Notes under the pieces: generated by a model | Told to the model about the DNA's origin: nothing | Seen by the model: the letters and a program-made list of their open reading frames with translations, nothing else | Database searches by the model: none | Shown: one piece after another, positions 17,798 to 26,303 of the stretch | Layout: each line of letters starts with the position of its first letter | Position numbering within the stretch: the first letter of the stretch is position 1 | Virus record (IMG/VR): IMGVR_UViG_3300045141_000380 | Span: 1-57,730 of that record | Source of the DNA: a virus | Taxonomy: Duplodnaviria > Caudoviricetes | Direction: 5' to 3' (one strand) | DNA: 57,730 nucleotides | Translations under genes and position numbers: made by a program

Positions 17798-19128
17798 CCA
17801 GCCCGGCCCCCGCAGCTCCGGTGATGACGCGCCCGGTAGTGGTGACGTCGGGGCCTGCGGGTCCGCCTGGTTCTGCTGGACCACCTGGTCCAACCGGACC
17901 GGCTGGCGGTCCGACCGGATCTGCGGGCCCGACGGGTCCGCAAGGTGCGTTGGGCAATGTGGGTCCGATCGGACCGACCGGAGCCCCTGGTGTCGCGTCG
18001 TCCACTGGGGCCACAGGACCGGCCGGGTCGGCGGGAGTTACGGGTCCGACCGGCACCCCGGGTCAGGCTGCGGCCGCGGGTGCGACCGGGCCGACCGGGT
18101 CACAAGGGCCGCAAGGTCCGGTAGGGTTCGTCGGCGCCAACGGACCGCCAGGGGCGACCGGATCCACCGGGTCGGCGGGCGCGGTTGGAGCGACAGGGCC
18201 GTCGGGCTCTCCGGGCGTTGCGGGTTCGATCGGTCCGACTGGGCCGTTGGGCTTGGCAGGGGCGCCGGGATCAACCGGGCCGACCGGCGCGCTCGGGCCG
18301 TCAGGATTGACCGGTGCTGTCGGGCATACGGGGGCAACGGGGCCGACGGGCTTCGGGGCGACCGGTCCGGCTGGATTTGCGTCGACCACCGGAGCGACGG
18401 GTCCGACTGGTCCCGGAGTTGGGGCGACGGGGCCGACCGGCGCCGAGGGCTACAACGGTGTCGACGGACCGACCGGACAGACTGGGCCGACGGGTTTGCG
18501 GGGGGCGACAGGGCTGTCGGGCCAGGCAGGTCCAACAGGGCCGATCGGGATGACAGGCCCATTCGGTGTAGGTCCAACAGGTTTTGGCGCCACGGGTCCG
18601 CAAGGTTCTACTGGTGTAACCGGCTCGGTTGGACCGACTGGGCCGACCGGTACGACCGGACCGGCTGGTGTGACTGGATCGACCGGCATCACCGGGCCGA
18701 CCGGTGCGCCGCCGCCCGTCAAGGATGCGTTCCGCGCCAAAATGGCGTCGAACCAGACCGGCATTCCGGACAGCGTTAACACCAAGCTGAAATTCACCAC
18801 CAAAGTTTTTGACATCAACAACAAGTATGATGCGACCAACTCGCGCTGGACGCCCGCTGCCGGGATTGTGCATCTGGGCGCTGGGCTGTTCTTTTCGGCA
18901 GGCGTGCGGAACAACGTGTTTCCGCAGGTTATGATCTTCAAGAACGGCGCCTGCGTCGTGCAGAACGGCGCGCAGTCGACGTCGAACTCGGCATACACCC
19001 AGGTGGATACCGTCGATGAGGCCAATGGCACAGACTACTACGAGTGCTATTGCTATTCGCCGTCCAGCACCACCACGACGGTGCAGGCGATCAATTTCGT
19101 CACCACATTTTACGGAGCATTGCTGTGA
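17794..19128 (+). CDS. long collagen-like fibre protein with C1q-like C-terminal domain
   Basis: About 280 aa of G-X-Y; AFRAKM...KLKF...[16 protein letters not shown]...[10 protein letters not shown]1q-like head. Confidence 0.8.
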   Translation: MTSPAPAAPVMTRPVVVTSGPAGPPGSAGPPGPTGPAGGPTGSAGPTGPQGALGNVGPIGPTGAPGVASSTGATGPAGSAGVTGPTGTPGQAAAAGATGPTGSQGPQGPVGFVGANGPPGATGSTGSAGAVGATGPSGSPGVAGSIGPTGPLGLAGAPGSTGPTGALGPSGLTGAVGHTGATGPTGFGATGPAGFASTTGATGPTGPGVGATGPTGAEGYNGVDGPTGQTGPTGLRGATGLSGQAGPTGPIGMTGPFGVGPTGFGATGPQGSTGVTGSVGPTGPTGTTGPAGVTGSTGITGPTGAPPPVKDAFRAKMASNQTGIPDSVNTKLKFTTKVFDINNKYDATNSRWTPAAGIVHLGAGLFFSAGVRNNVFPQVMIFKNGACVVQNGAQSTSNSAYTQVDTVDEANGTDYYECYCYSPSSTTTTVQAINFVTTFYGALL

Positions 19129-19229
19129 GCGATACGATCGTGGTGCCGGAGGAGAACCGGGTCGTGGTGGTCGTCGAGGATGAACGGACGATTTGTGTAC
19201 CTGGAGAAATTCGAGAGATTGAGGTTTAG
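19125..19229 (+). CDS. tiny hypothetical protein ([16 protein letters not shown]...)
   Basis: GTGA overlap with fibre stop; GGAG RBS. Confidence 0.4.
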   Translation: MSDTIVVPEENRVVVVVEDERTICVPGEIREIEV

Positions 19230-19231
19230 TT

Positions 19232-19510
19232 ATGCTTCTTGGATCGAAGCAACACACGGTCGGCGACACCAAGCGCTGGACGGTCGACTATGACCAATGG
19301 CTGGCCAATACAGCCACCATCGCGCAGATCGACGTGCAGTCGAGTTCGATCACCTGTACGGTCGGCAACGTTTCGATCCTGGGACACAGCATCGTTTTCT
19401 ACCTGACCGGCGGAACGCTGAACGAGCAATTGACGGTGTCGTTGACGATGACCGACGACCTCGGCAACATCAAGAACGACACGATAGCATTTACTTGTGT
19501 TGCTCCATAG
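19232..19510 (+). CDS. putative fibre-tail adaptor protein
   Basis: KRWTVDYDQWL...VFYLTGGT motif. Confidence 0.6.
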   Translation: MLLGSKQHTVGDTKRWTVDYDQWLANTATIAQIDVQSSSITCTVGNVSILGHSIVFYLTGGTLNEQLTVSLTMTDDLGNIKNDTIAFTCVAP

Positions 19511-19519
19511 GAGGTCGAC

Positions 19520-20017
19520 ATGGCGGCAGATGCGGAGTCCGTGCTCAAGGTTAAGGAGAGGCTCGCCAATCTCCGCGCCGAGACGGAGCGATCCGAGCGC
19601 GAGCAGGCCGAGGCCAAGGCCAAGCAAAAGATCGTTGAAGACCAGAAGCATCAGGAGGCGCGCCAGGCTGCGGCCGAGGCCGATATCGAGCGTGTCACCC
19701 GCTCGGTGACCGATATCAAGACGCGCGAGCAGCTGCTCGAACACATACGGCAAATGCGGGAGGAGAAGCCGACCGAGGTCATTCCGGTGCCGCACCGAAC
19801 TCCTCGCCAGATGGAGGAGTACAACGCCGAGATGGAAGTGGGGCGCGCTGCAGTCGCCAAGGCCGAGGCCCAGATGGCTTATAACCGCGAGGTGCAGCGC
19901 AAGATCGCGGAGGAGCAGGCGGCGAGGGAAGGAACGATGGAGACGGTGCATCGCCATAACCCGTCGCAGACCGAACAGTTCACCGCGACCGGCGCAACCC
20001 TGGGCAAGAGGCGATGA
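19520..20017 (+). CDS. coiled-coil hypothetical protein
   Basis: AGGAGG RBS; charged helical composition. Confidence 0.6.
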   Translation: MAADAESVLKVKERLANLRAETERSEREQAEAKAKQKIVEDQKHQEARQAAAEADIERVTRSVTDIKTREQLLEHIRQMREEKPTEVIPVPHRTPRQMEEYNAEMEVGRAAVAKAEAQMAYNREVQRKIAEEQAAREGTMETVHRHNPSQTEQFTATGATLGKRR

Positions 20018-22281
20018 CCGCCATTAAGTTAGACAAATTCGGCGGGCAGCTCCCCGCCTGGAACGATCGGTTGCTCCCTGATGGCCAAGCTGCCTTCTCG
20101 CTCAACTGTTACTTGTTCAGCGGCGCTCTGATCGGCTGGCGACAACCCAAGCTGCTTCATGCCTTGAAAAACAGCGCCTCTCGGTACGCCTATCGGATCC
20201 CGAGCGTGGCCACCAACAACACCGTGATCACGGCGCCCGACTCGTTCTGGATGGAATTCACCGATCCCGACACGACGGTCATGCGCAGCCCGGTGGTGCA
20301 GGACAGCTTCAACCGGCATTACTGGGCGTCGCCGAGTAACCTGCCGCGCTACAACACTTACGACCGCATCCTCAACGGCGACCCTTCGTGGATCCTCGGG
20401 GTGCCGGCATCGGGGTGCGCGCCGGGCGTCACGGTGGACGGTGGCGGCGACACCATCCAGGTCGGGGACGCTGTGGTCCTGCCGAACGCCGTCGGGGCGG
20501 GCGCCGACTATCGGCCCGGCAACGAGGTCTTCCTCATGCCGATCGTGCCGAATGGCACGCTGCTGATCCAGGATGTGAGCTTCGTTCCGGCCTCGAGCGA
20601 TGGCGCCTTGAATTTCATGGCTGTCGTGTACTCCGATCTCAATGGCCATCCGGATCGATTGATCGGGGTCGGCGACGAGGTCACCGGCATCTCGGCCGGC
20701 GCGACGGCGGTCGGCACGTTCACCAACGCCGTAAGCGTGATCAGCAACACGACCTACTGGATTGGGATCGCGCACGACAACCCGTTCTACCTGACGGTCG
20801 CCGACACCAGCGTCAGCACGGGTGCCTCCGGCTCCAATACTTTCTCCAACGGACCACCCGATCCAATCGCGGCCTCGCTCGGACATCCGGTCTGGCAGAT
20901 GTGGACCGATCTCATCGGCGCCTCGGTGTTCACGGCGCGGGCGTACACCTACACCTGGGTGACGGCCTATGGCGAGGAGGGCCCGCCAAGCGTGCCGTCG
21001 GTGGTGAACGGCTGGTCGAACGCGACCTGGACCGTGAGCCTGTTCACGCCAGAGCCGAGCGACATGGGGGTGGACCGCAACATCACCAAGACCAGGCTCT
21101 ACCGCTCGATCTCCAACCAGTCCGGGCAGGGCACCTATTTCCTGGTTGCGGAGTTTCCGGTCACGCAGGCGACCTATGTGGACACCATCGACGACGCCAC
21201 GGTGGCGCTCAATGCGCAGCTGGTGTCGTTGTACTGGTTCGCGCCTCCCACCGACCTCCAGGGCATCGTGCCGTTCCCGAACGGCATCGCGGTCGGGTGG
21301 CGGTCGAACGAGGTTTGGTTCTCGGAGGCTTACCGGCCGCACGCATGGCCGCCCGGCTACGTGCTGACGACGGAGTTCCCCATCGTCGGCATCGGGGTGT
21401 GCGGGCAGTCGATCGTAGTCTGCACGCAGAGCTCGCCCTACCTGATCAGCGGCATCAACCCGTCCGCGATGGCGCTGACGAAGATCAATTTGCCGGAGCC
21501 GTGTCTCCACAGAGGATCGATTATAAGTACGGACACCACAGTTTTGTACACATCCCGCAACGGCCTGATCCAGATCAGCCAGTCGGGGGCGGGCAGCAAC
21601 ATCACGGAAGGATGGGTCACGCGCGAAAAATGGCAAGCGCTGACACCTCAGCAGCACATCCGCGCGATCAAGCTCGCTACGAATTATATGGCGTTCGGTA
21701 CAGTTTCGGGCGGCGACAATTCGGTGGCGCAGCAGGGCTACACGGTCGAGCTGTCGACGGAGGACCAAACCAGTTTCACTGTGTGGCCACAGCCGGGCGG
21801 CCACCGTCTAGGATTTGGCCAGCTGTCGGCGCCGAATGAGGTCGACATCGACAACGTGCTGACTGATCCTTGGACAGGTGTAGGGCTATTAATTCAAAAT
21901 AGCGGAGTGTATTACTGGGACTTTTCGGACCAGGAGCCTGTGATCGTACCCTATCGGTGGAAAAGTAAGACCTACCAATTTCAATCAAGGAAAAATCTAT
22001 CCGCGATGAAGGTTTGGTTCAACGTACCACCGGGTACGCCAGCACAAGGCGACAGAAATACAGCGGAACCGCAACCAGTACTAAGCGATAACCAGTATGG
22101 CATTCTGCGCATTTTTGCCGATGACCAACTCTATCAAACTAGAGAGTTGCGCTCCTCAGGCGAGCTGCTGCGCATTCAGTCCAGCAGCAAATATGAGTCT
22201 TGGGCCTTTGAAATTGAGGGCAGAGTGTCCGTCAGCAACGTGCAGGTTGCGAGTTCCGTAAAAGAATTGGGTCTCGTGTAA
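20014..22281 (+). CDS. podovirus tail nozzle / DNA stabilization protein
   Basis: RAYTYTWVTAYGEEGPPS, FSEAYRPHAWP, YRWKSK motifs; size and synteny. Confidence 0.75.
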   Translation: MTAIKLDKFGGQLPAWNDRLLPDGQAAFSLNCYLFSGALIGWRQPKLLHALKNSASRYAYRIPSVATNNTVITAPDSFWMEFTDPDTTVMRSPVVQDSFNRHYWASPSNLPRYNTYDRILNGDPSWILGVPASGCAPGVTVDGGGDTIQVGDAVVLPNAVGAGADYRPGNEVFLMPIVPNGTLLIQDVSFVPASSDGALNFMAVVYSDLNGHPDRLIGVGDEVTGISAGATAVGTFTNAVSVISNTTYWIGIAHDNPFYLTVADTSVSTGASGSNTFSNGPPDPIAASLGHPVWQMWTDLIGASVFTARAYTYTWVTAYGEEGPPSVPSVVNGWSNATWTVSLFTPEPSDMGVDRNITKTRLYRSISNQSGQGTYFLVAEFPVTQATYVDTIDDATVALNAQLVSLYWFAPPTDLQGIVPFPNGIAVGWRSNEVWFSEAYRPHAWPPGYVLTTEFPIVGIGVCGQSIVVCTQSSPYLISGINPSAMALTKINLPEPCLHRGSIISTDTTVLYTSRNGLIQISQSGAGSNITEGWVTREKWQALTPQQHIRAIKLATNYMAFGTVSGGDNSVAQQGYTVELSTEDQTSFTVWPQPGGHRLGFGQLSAPNEVDIDNVLTDPWTGVGLLIQNSGVYYWDFSDQEPVIVPYRWKSKTYQFQSRKNLSAMKVWFNVPPGTPAQGDRNTAEPQPVLSDNQYGILRIFADDQLYQTRELRSSGELLRIQSSSKYESWAFEIEGRVSVSNVQVASSVKELGLV

Positions 22282-22783
22282 TTGTTTTCTTTTGTCCAGG
22301 AAGACGGCTATTTAGACGCTGTTGAGACCTTGTAGCCCAACGAATATTATTTGGTTCATAGTTGCCATCGTTATTAATGCGGTCGATGGTAAGGCCGGGC
22401 GGCCGCTCTCCGATGGAGAGAAAGATATCATTCATGAAGACACCATAGTCATTCCATCGCTCGCACACTTTTATTCCACGGCCACCATAATCTTTGTACT
22501 GTTTACTGTTTGGGTCGTTGCAACGATTACGCATATTTTTCCACGTAGTATAAAGGTGGTCTTTTCTAAATTCTTCACTGTGTCCATGGCGCCAAACTGG
22601 ATGTGCGCATTTGCAAGAAGCAACTTTGCCGGATCTTAGGTCGAGGCCGGTGGTAATGTGTTCGCGCCCGCAATCGCAGCGGCAAAGCCAACGTACGTGA
22701 TTGTTGGCGTTGTTCGGGTGGACGCGCTTGACCGCGACCAATTTACCAAAACGCTGGCCTGTGATATCTTTGAACTTGGCCAC
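22232..22783 (-). CDS. free-standing HNH-type endonuclease
   Basis: ITGQRFGKL...WLCRCDCG, WKNMRNRC, YGGRGIKVCERW, TIDRINNDGNYEPNNIRWAT; GGAGG RBS before GTG. Confidence 0.88.
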   Translation of the reverse strand: MAKFKDITGQRFGKLVAVKRVHPNNANNHVRWLCRCDCGREHITTGLDLRSGKVASCKCAHPVWRHGHSEEFRKDHLYTTWKNMRNRCNDPNSKQYKDYGGRGIKVCERWNDYGVFMNDIFLSIGERPPGLTIDRINNDGNYEPNNIRWATRSQQRLNSRLPGQKKTITRDPILLRNSQPARC

Positions 22784-22873
22784 GATGGCCTCCGCAGAAG
22801 GTTGTTGCGGCAAGTGGCGAGGCCGGTGCATCAACACTGGCTTCGCTGCGCACTATAGCAGAAGGCACTTCAT

Positions 22874-23284
22874 ATGAGCAACGGGAACGGCAGCGTTGCC
22901 CCGGTCTGCCCGATCAGCCGCGGTCAAACACCGCCCGGCATGGCGCCTCCTTCGGTGCCGCAGATCCCGCAGGCCACCGATCTGCCTTCGGCCATTGCGG
23001 CGCTCGCGCAGATGATCCTCGCCCGGCAGCTGCCGCAGGTCTCGGCCAACAACGTGGCTCCGCCATATGCCGCGCCCCGTCCTGGCGCCGGTACGACCGG
23101 CAGCGGCACCAGCAAGAAGCCGGGCTGGGAGGAGATCGGCCGCGGTCTGGAGCCGCACAGGATCCACAATCCGGACGACGACAGCACCTACGTCGAATTG
23201 AACCGCATCACCTTCCTTCTGTTTCAGGAGCGCAAGACCCAGGTAACGCTCGAATGGGATTTAGGATATGGCCAGATCGACTAG
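22874..23284 (+). CDS. hypothetical virion protein, APVCPISR paralog 1
   Basis: Shared N-terminal motif with next two ORFs. Confidence 0.6.
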   Translation: MSNGNGSVAPVCPISRGQTPPGMAPPSVPQIPQATDLPSAIAALAQMILARQLPQVSANNVAPPYAAPRPGAGTTGSGTSKKPGWEEIGRGLEPHRIHNPDDDSTYVELNRITFLLFQERKTQVTLEWDLGYGQID

Positions 23285-23798
23285 AGCGATCAACGGGAGC
23301 GTGGCCCCGGTCTGTCCGATCTCGCGTTCGCAGACGCCGCCCGGCATGCCGGCCAATATCTTCGCCTACGTGCCGAAACCGATCGATCTCCCCTCGGCCA
23401 TCGCGGCAGCCAATCAACTCGCTCAGGTCATGCAGCCGCTCGCCGGCCTCGGGGCGGCCACCAACAACGTGTTTCCGCCCTTCATGCCGGTGCCGAGCGT
23501 TCGTGGTCCGATTGCCGGTTTGCTGAAGAAGACACAACGCTGGTCCGAGAAGGAACGGCAGACCGCGACCATCCGGTTCTATCCCAAGGACAACAACGGC
23601 AAGGAGGACAAGGAGCAGTGGATCGAGGTCAAGCGCATCGTTCACATCGTATGGCACGACACGGTTCAAGGGCTCGATCTCACGGTTGACTGGCCATACG
23701 ACCATCAGGTGGAGGGTGGCAGGCTGATGAAGATGGAGCCGCCTCCCCCGAAGGACAGCTATTATGCGCAGATAATCAGAAATCCGGATGATACATGA
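23268..23798 (+). CDS. hypothetical virion protein, APVCPISR paralog 2
   Basis: Shared motif. Confidence 0.6.
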   Translation: MARSTRAINGSVAPVCPISRSQTPPGMPANIFAYVPKPIDLPSAIAAANQLAQVMQPLAGLGAATNNVFPPFMPVPSVRGPIAGLLKKTQRWSEKERQTATIRFYPKDNNGKEDKEQWIEVKRIVHIVWHDTVQGLDLTVDWPYDHQVEGGRLMKMEPPPPKDSYYAQIIRNPDDT

Positions 23799-24214
23799 AC
23801 GCGCCCGTTTGCCCTGTCAGCCGCAGCCAGCCGATCGCCGCGATGCCGGGGCGGCAGATGCCGATCGTGCCGCGCGCGGTGGACTTGAATTCGCTCATCG
23901 CCGCCGTCAATGCGCTCCGGCAGCAGCTGCAGGGTGTTTTGGGGCCGGGAGCTCCGGTCAATAACATGCCGCTGCATGTGCCGAACCTGCAGCCGCGCGG
24001 CGCCATCGTGGTGGTTCGGTCGAACTGGTACGAGGTGGACCGCACCACGAAGAAAGTGCGCATCTATCACAAGGACGATAATGGCAAAAAAGACGAGGCC
24101 ATGTTCGTCGATGTCATCCGGCTGCAGGAACTCATGTTCTGGGACGATTTCGGCGGGGATGACGACTTTCATTGGGTGCAGAAGACAACTCCGAACCAGC
24201 CGGACGATCAGTGA
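23795..24214 (+). CDS. hypothetical virion protein, APVCPVSR paralog 3
   Basis: Shared motif; ATGA overlap. Confidence 0.6.
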   Translation: MNAPVCPVSRSQPIAAMPGRQMPIVPRAVDLNSLIAAVNALRQQLQGVLGPGAPVNNMPLHVPNLQPRGAIVVVRSNWYEVDRTTKKVRIYHKDDNGKKDEAMFVDVIRLQELMFWDDFGGDDDFHWVQKTTPNQPDDQ

Positions 24215-25251
24215 TGCCGACCAATCTCCCGTACGAGGAGGATTTTTTCCAGCGCATCGTCAACGTGAATTGGACGACAGCAGGTGTGGTGTTCGTCTGC
24301 GGCGGCGTCAAAGGCGACGTTCATTATATCAAGGTCGACAAAGACCCGAAAAATCCTCAAATTATCAGCGCAAATTTGCCTGGGGCAGCCGAGATCATCG
24401 GCGGTTCTTACGGTTCAAAAGACGCTCCGGCGTTTGTGCTCATGGGCGTCAGCGGCAACCATGGCGATGGTTTGAATTCAGCTCCAACGACTGTTGTTTG
24501 GCGTTCCACCGATGGTTTGAAATGGAGCCAGGTATTTAACGACGTAGGTTCTAACGTCGTGCCGTTTTCATATCCGTGCGCCGTTACCTACGATCATGAT
24601 GCGCGTTCATTTTTTGGCGCGCTGATGAACGGCGGCAACCCCGATACCGGGGAGGAGGCCACGTTCTATTCCAGAATTATCAGCTCGCAAGACGGCATTG
24701 GATGGGCGGTAGTCGGTGGCGGCCTTATCGGTGGCGACCCGAGCAGTTACGTATCGTCTTTTCCTTCCCAGCACTGCAAGGAGCACGATTGCTTCGATCA
24801 GTTGAATCAGCATGTTCCCGGCGGGATCATGAGCGATAAAGTTGAAAAACCTGCAATTTCCAAGATAATGATGCGCCCCAAAGGACCACCTACTATTCTT
24901 TATGGAACTGGTCAGTTTACATTTTATGCCGGCACGTCGGGCGGCAGTCCTGACGATAGTATGCTCGATGATCCGTTTGTCGGGAAGAATGTCGAAATAT
25001 TTGCTCCAGGGGGGGCGGGCGGATCGTCTGTGGAGATTCCTTGTGCTGTCTGTTTTTGCGTGGCTGGATTTGGTGAGATTTGGTTGGCAGGCGGTTGGTC
25101 TGCGGGGGATTGGACCTCCGCCAAAGGCGTACTGATGTACTCATCCGATGCCGGTAAGACCTGGAAGGTGATCGGCACTGCTGGTTCTGGGATTGTGTGC
25201 GTGTCGGCTGCCCCATTGAAAGACATCGTCAAGAGCAGCAAAAGTCGCTAG
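24214..25251 (+). CDS. beta-propeller / BNR (Asp-box) repeat protein
   Basis: RSTDGLKW, SSQDGIGW, SSDAGKTW Asp-box repeats. Confidence 0.65.
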   Translation: MPTNLPYEEDFFQRIVNVNWTTAGVVFVCGGVKGDVHYIKVDKDPKNPQIISANLPGAAEIIGGSYGSKDAPAFVLMGVSGNHGDGLNSAPTTVVWRSTDGLKWSQVFNDVGSNVVPFSYPCAVTYDHDARSFFGALMNGGNPDTGEEATFYSRIISSQDGIGWAVVGGGLIGGDPSSYVSSFPSQHCKEHDCFDQLNQHVPGGIMSDKVEKPAISKIMMRPKGPPTILYGTGQFTFYAGTSGGSPDDSMLDDPFVGKNVEIFAPGGAGGSSVEIPCAVCFCVAGFGEIWLAGGWSAGDWTSAKGVLMYSSDAGKTWKVIGTAGSGIVCVSAAPLKDIVKSSKSR

Positions 25252-25298
25252 GCTGAGGCGAACCGGAAAAGTCAAGGTCTTTTTAGGAGTTGGCTCTC

Positions 25299-26303
25299 AT
25301 GGCAGTTCTCCCTGTCCCCTATTACTCGCCCTACATGGGGCAGAGCCAGTCGGAGAGCACGCAAGGTTCGACCAGCGCCAGCCAATCCGGCTCGTTCATC
25401 CCCAATTACTCCGAAACCCCGATCCTGGAGAACATCGCCAACTACTCCGCCGCGATGGCCCCGCAGGTCTATCAGTGGGGTATGCAGCAATACGCCAACA
25501 ACCAGGGCAACATCGACGCCCTGATGCGGAATGCGCTGACTTATGCGAGCCCGCAGCGCCAAGCGGTCGACATGGGGATGGCGGAGTCCGGGGTAGCGCA
25601 GGGGGCGGAGGCCGGCCGGCAGAGCGCGATCAGCGACCTGCAGAGCTACGGCATCGACCCTTCGGCTGGACGCTATGCGGCGCTCGATCAGGCCTCGCGG
25701 GTGACGTCCGGGGCCGCGGCAGCGGGGGCCGGCAACCAGCAGCGCATGGCCGACATCGCCCAGGGCAACGCCATGCAGCAGCAGGCGATCTCGGCGAGCC
25801 TGCAGAATGTCCAGACCGGCTACGGGGCCGCCAATGCGGCAAATCAGTTTGCCGGCACCGCCATGAATTTGAAATATTCGCCATTGGGCACGCAGTCGAC
25901 ATCGACCGGTCAGAGCTCCGGCCAGACCAGCGCCGAGAGCACGACCCCGGGCAGCGGAAGTGGCGGCGGCGGCAGCAGCATGTTTAATACTGCTTATGGC
26001 GGGGCGGTGGAGCGGGGGGATGCTTCCCTGTCGTCTTTCCGCGGGTATCAAGCGGGCGGCGAGGTGCCGGAAGACGATGCCACGACCGGCGGGTTCGTGT
26101 CGCAGGATCTCAGCCCGTCCGACGGCGCGCGGGTGGATGACGTGCCAGCGCAGCTGAATGCAAATGAATTTGTTGTGCCCCGCGATGTGTCCTTATGGAA
26201 GGGCCAGGAGTTCTTCTACAAATTGATGGCGCAGGCACGCAAGGATCGCGCGATGGCCGGGAACGGCGGCGGCCAGCAGCAAGTCGGCTATGGAGCATCA
26301 TGA
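25299..26303 (+). CDS. putative internal virion (ejection) protein
   Basis: Ala/Gln/Gly-rich; SYGIDPSAGRY; DDVPAQLNANEFVVP motif. Confidence 0.65.
   Translation: MAVLPVPYYSPYMGQSQSESTQGSTSASQSGSFIPNYSETPILENIANYSAAMAPQVYQWGMQQYANNQGNIDALMRNALTYASPQRQAVDMGMAESGVAQGAEAGRQSAISDLQSYGIDPSAGRYAALDQASRVTSGAAAAGAGNQQRMADIAQGNAMQQQAISASLQNVQTGYGAANAANQFAGTAMNLKYSPLGTQSTSTGQSSGQTSAESTTPGSGSGGGGSSMFNTAYGGAVERGDASLSSFRGYQAGGEVPEDDATTGGFVSQDLSPSDGARVDDVPAQLNANEFVVPRDVSLWKGQEFFYKLMAQARKDRAMAGNGGGQQQVGYGAS

Noticed and set aside
13200-18710. GGNCCGACC tandem DNA repeats as a regulatory or mobile repeat
   Set aside because: Fully explained by Gly-Pro-Thr coding with variable third positions.
14689-19128. 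Diversity-generating retroelement targeting the fibres
   Set aside because: No reverse transcriptase and no template/variable repeat pair differing at adenines was seen.
20029-21839. Long alternative-frame and antisense ORFs (e.g. 20029-21804 minus, 20388-21839 plus, also 28751-30223 and 33638-34999)
   Set aside because: Shadow ORFs expected from GC-rich codon bias; Arg/Pro/Ala-rich with no motifs and overlapping well-supported genes.
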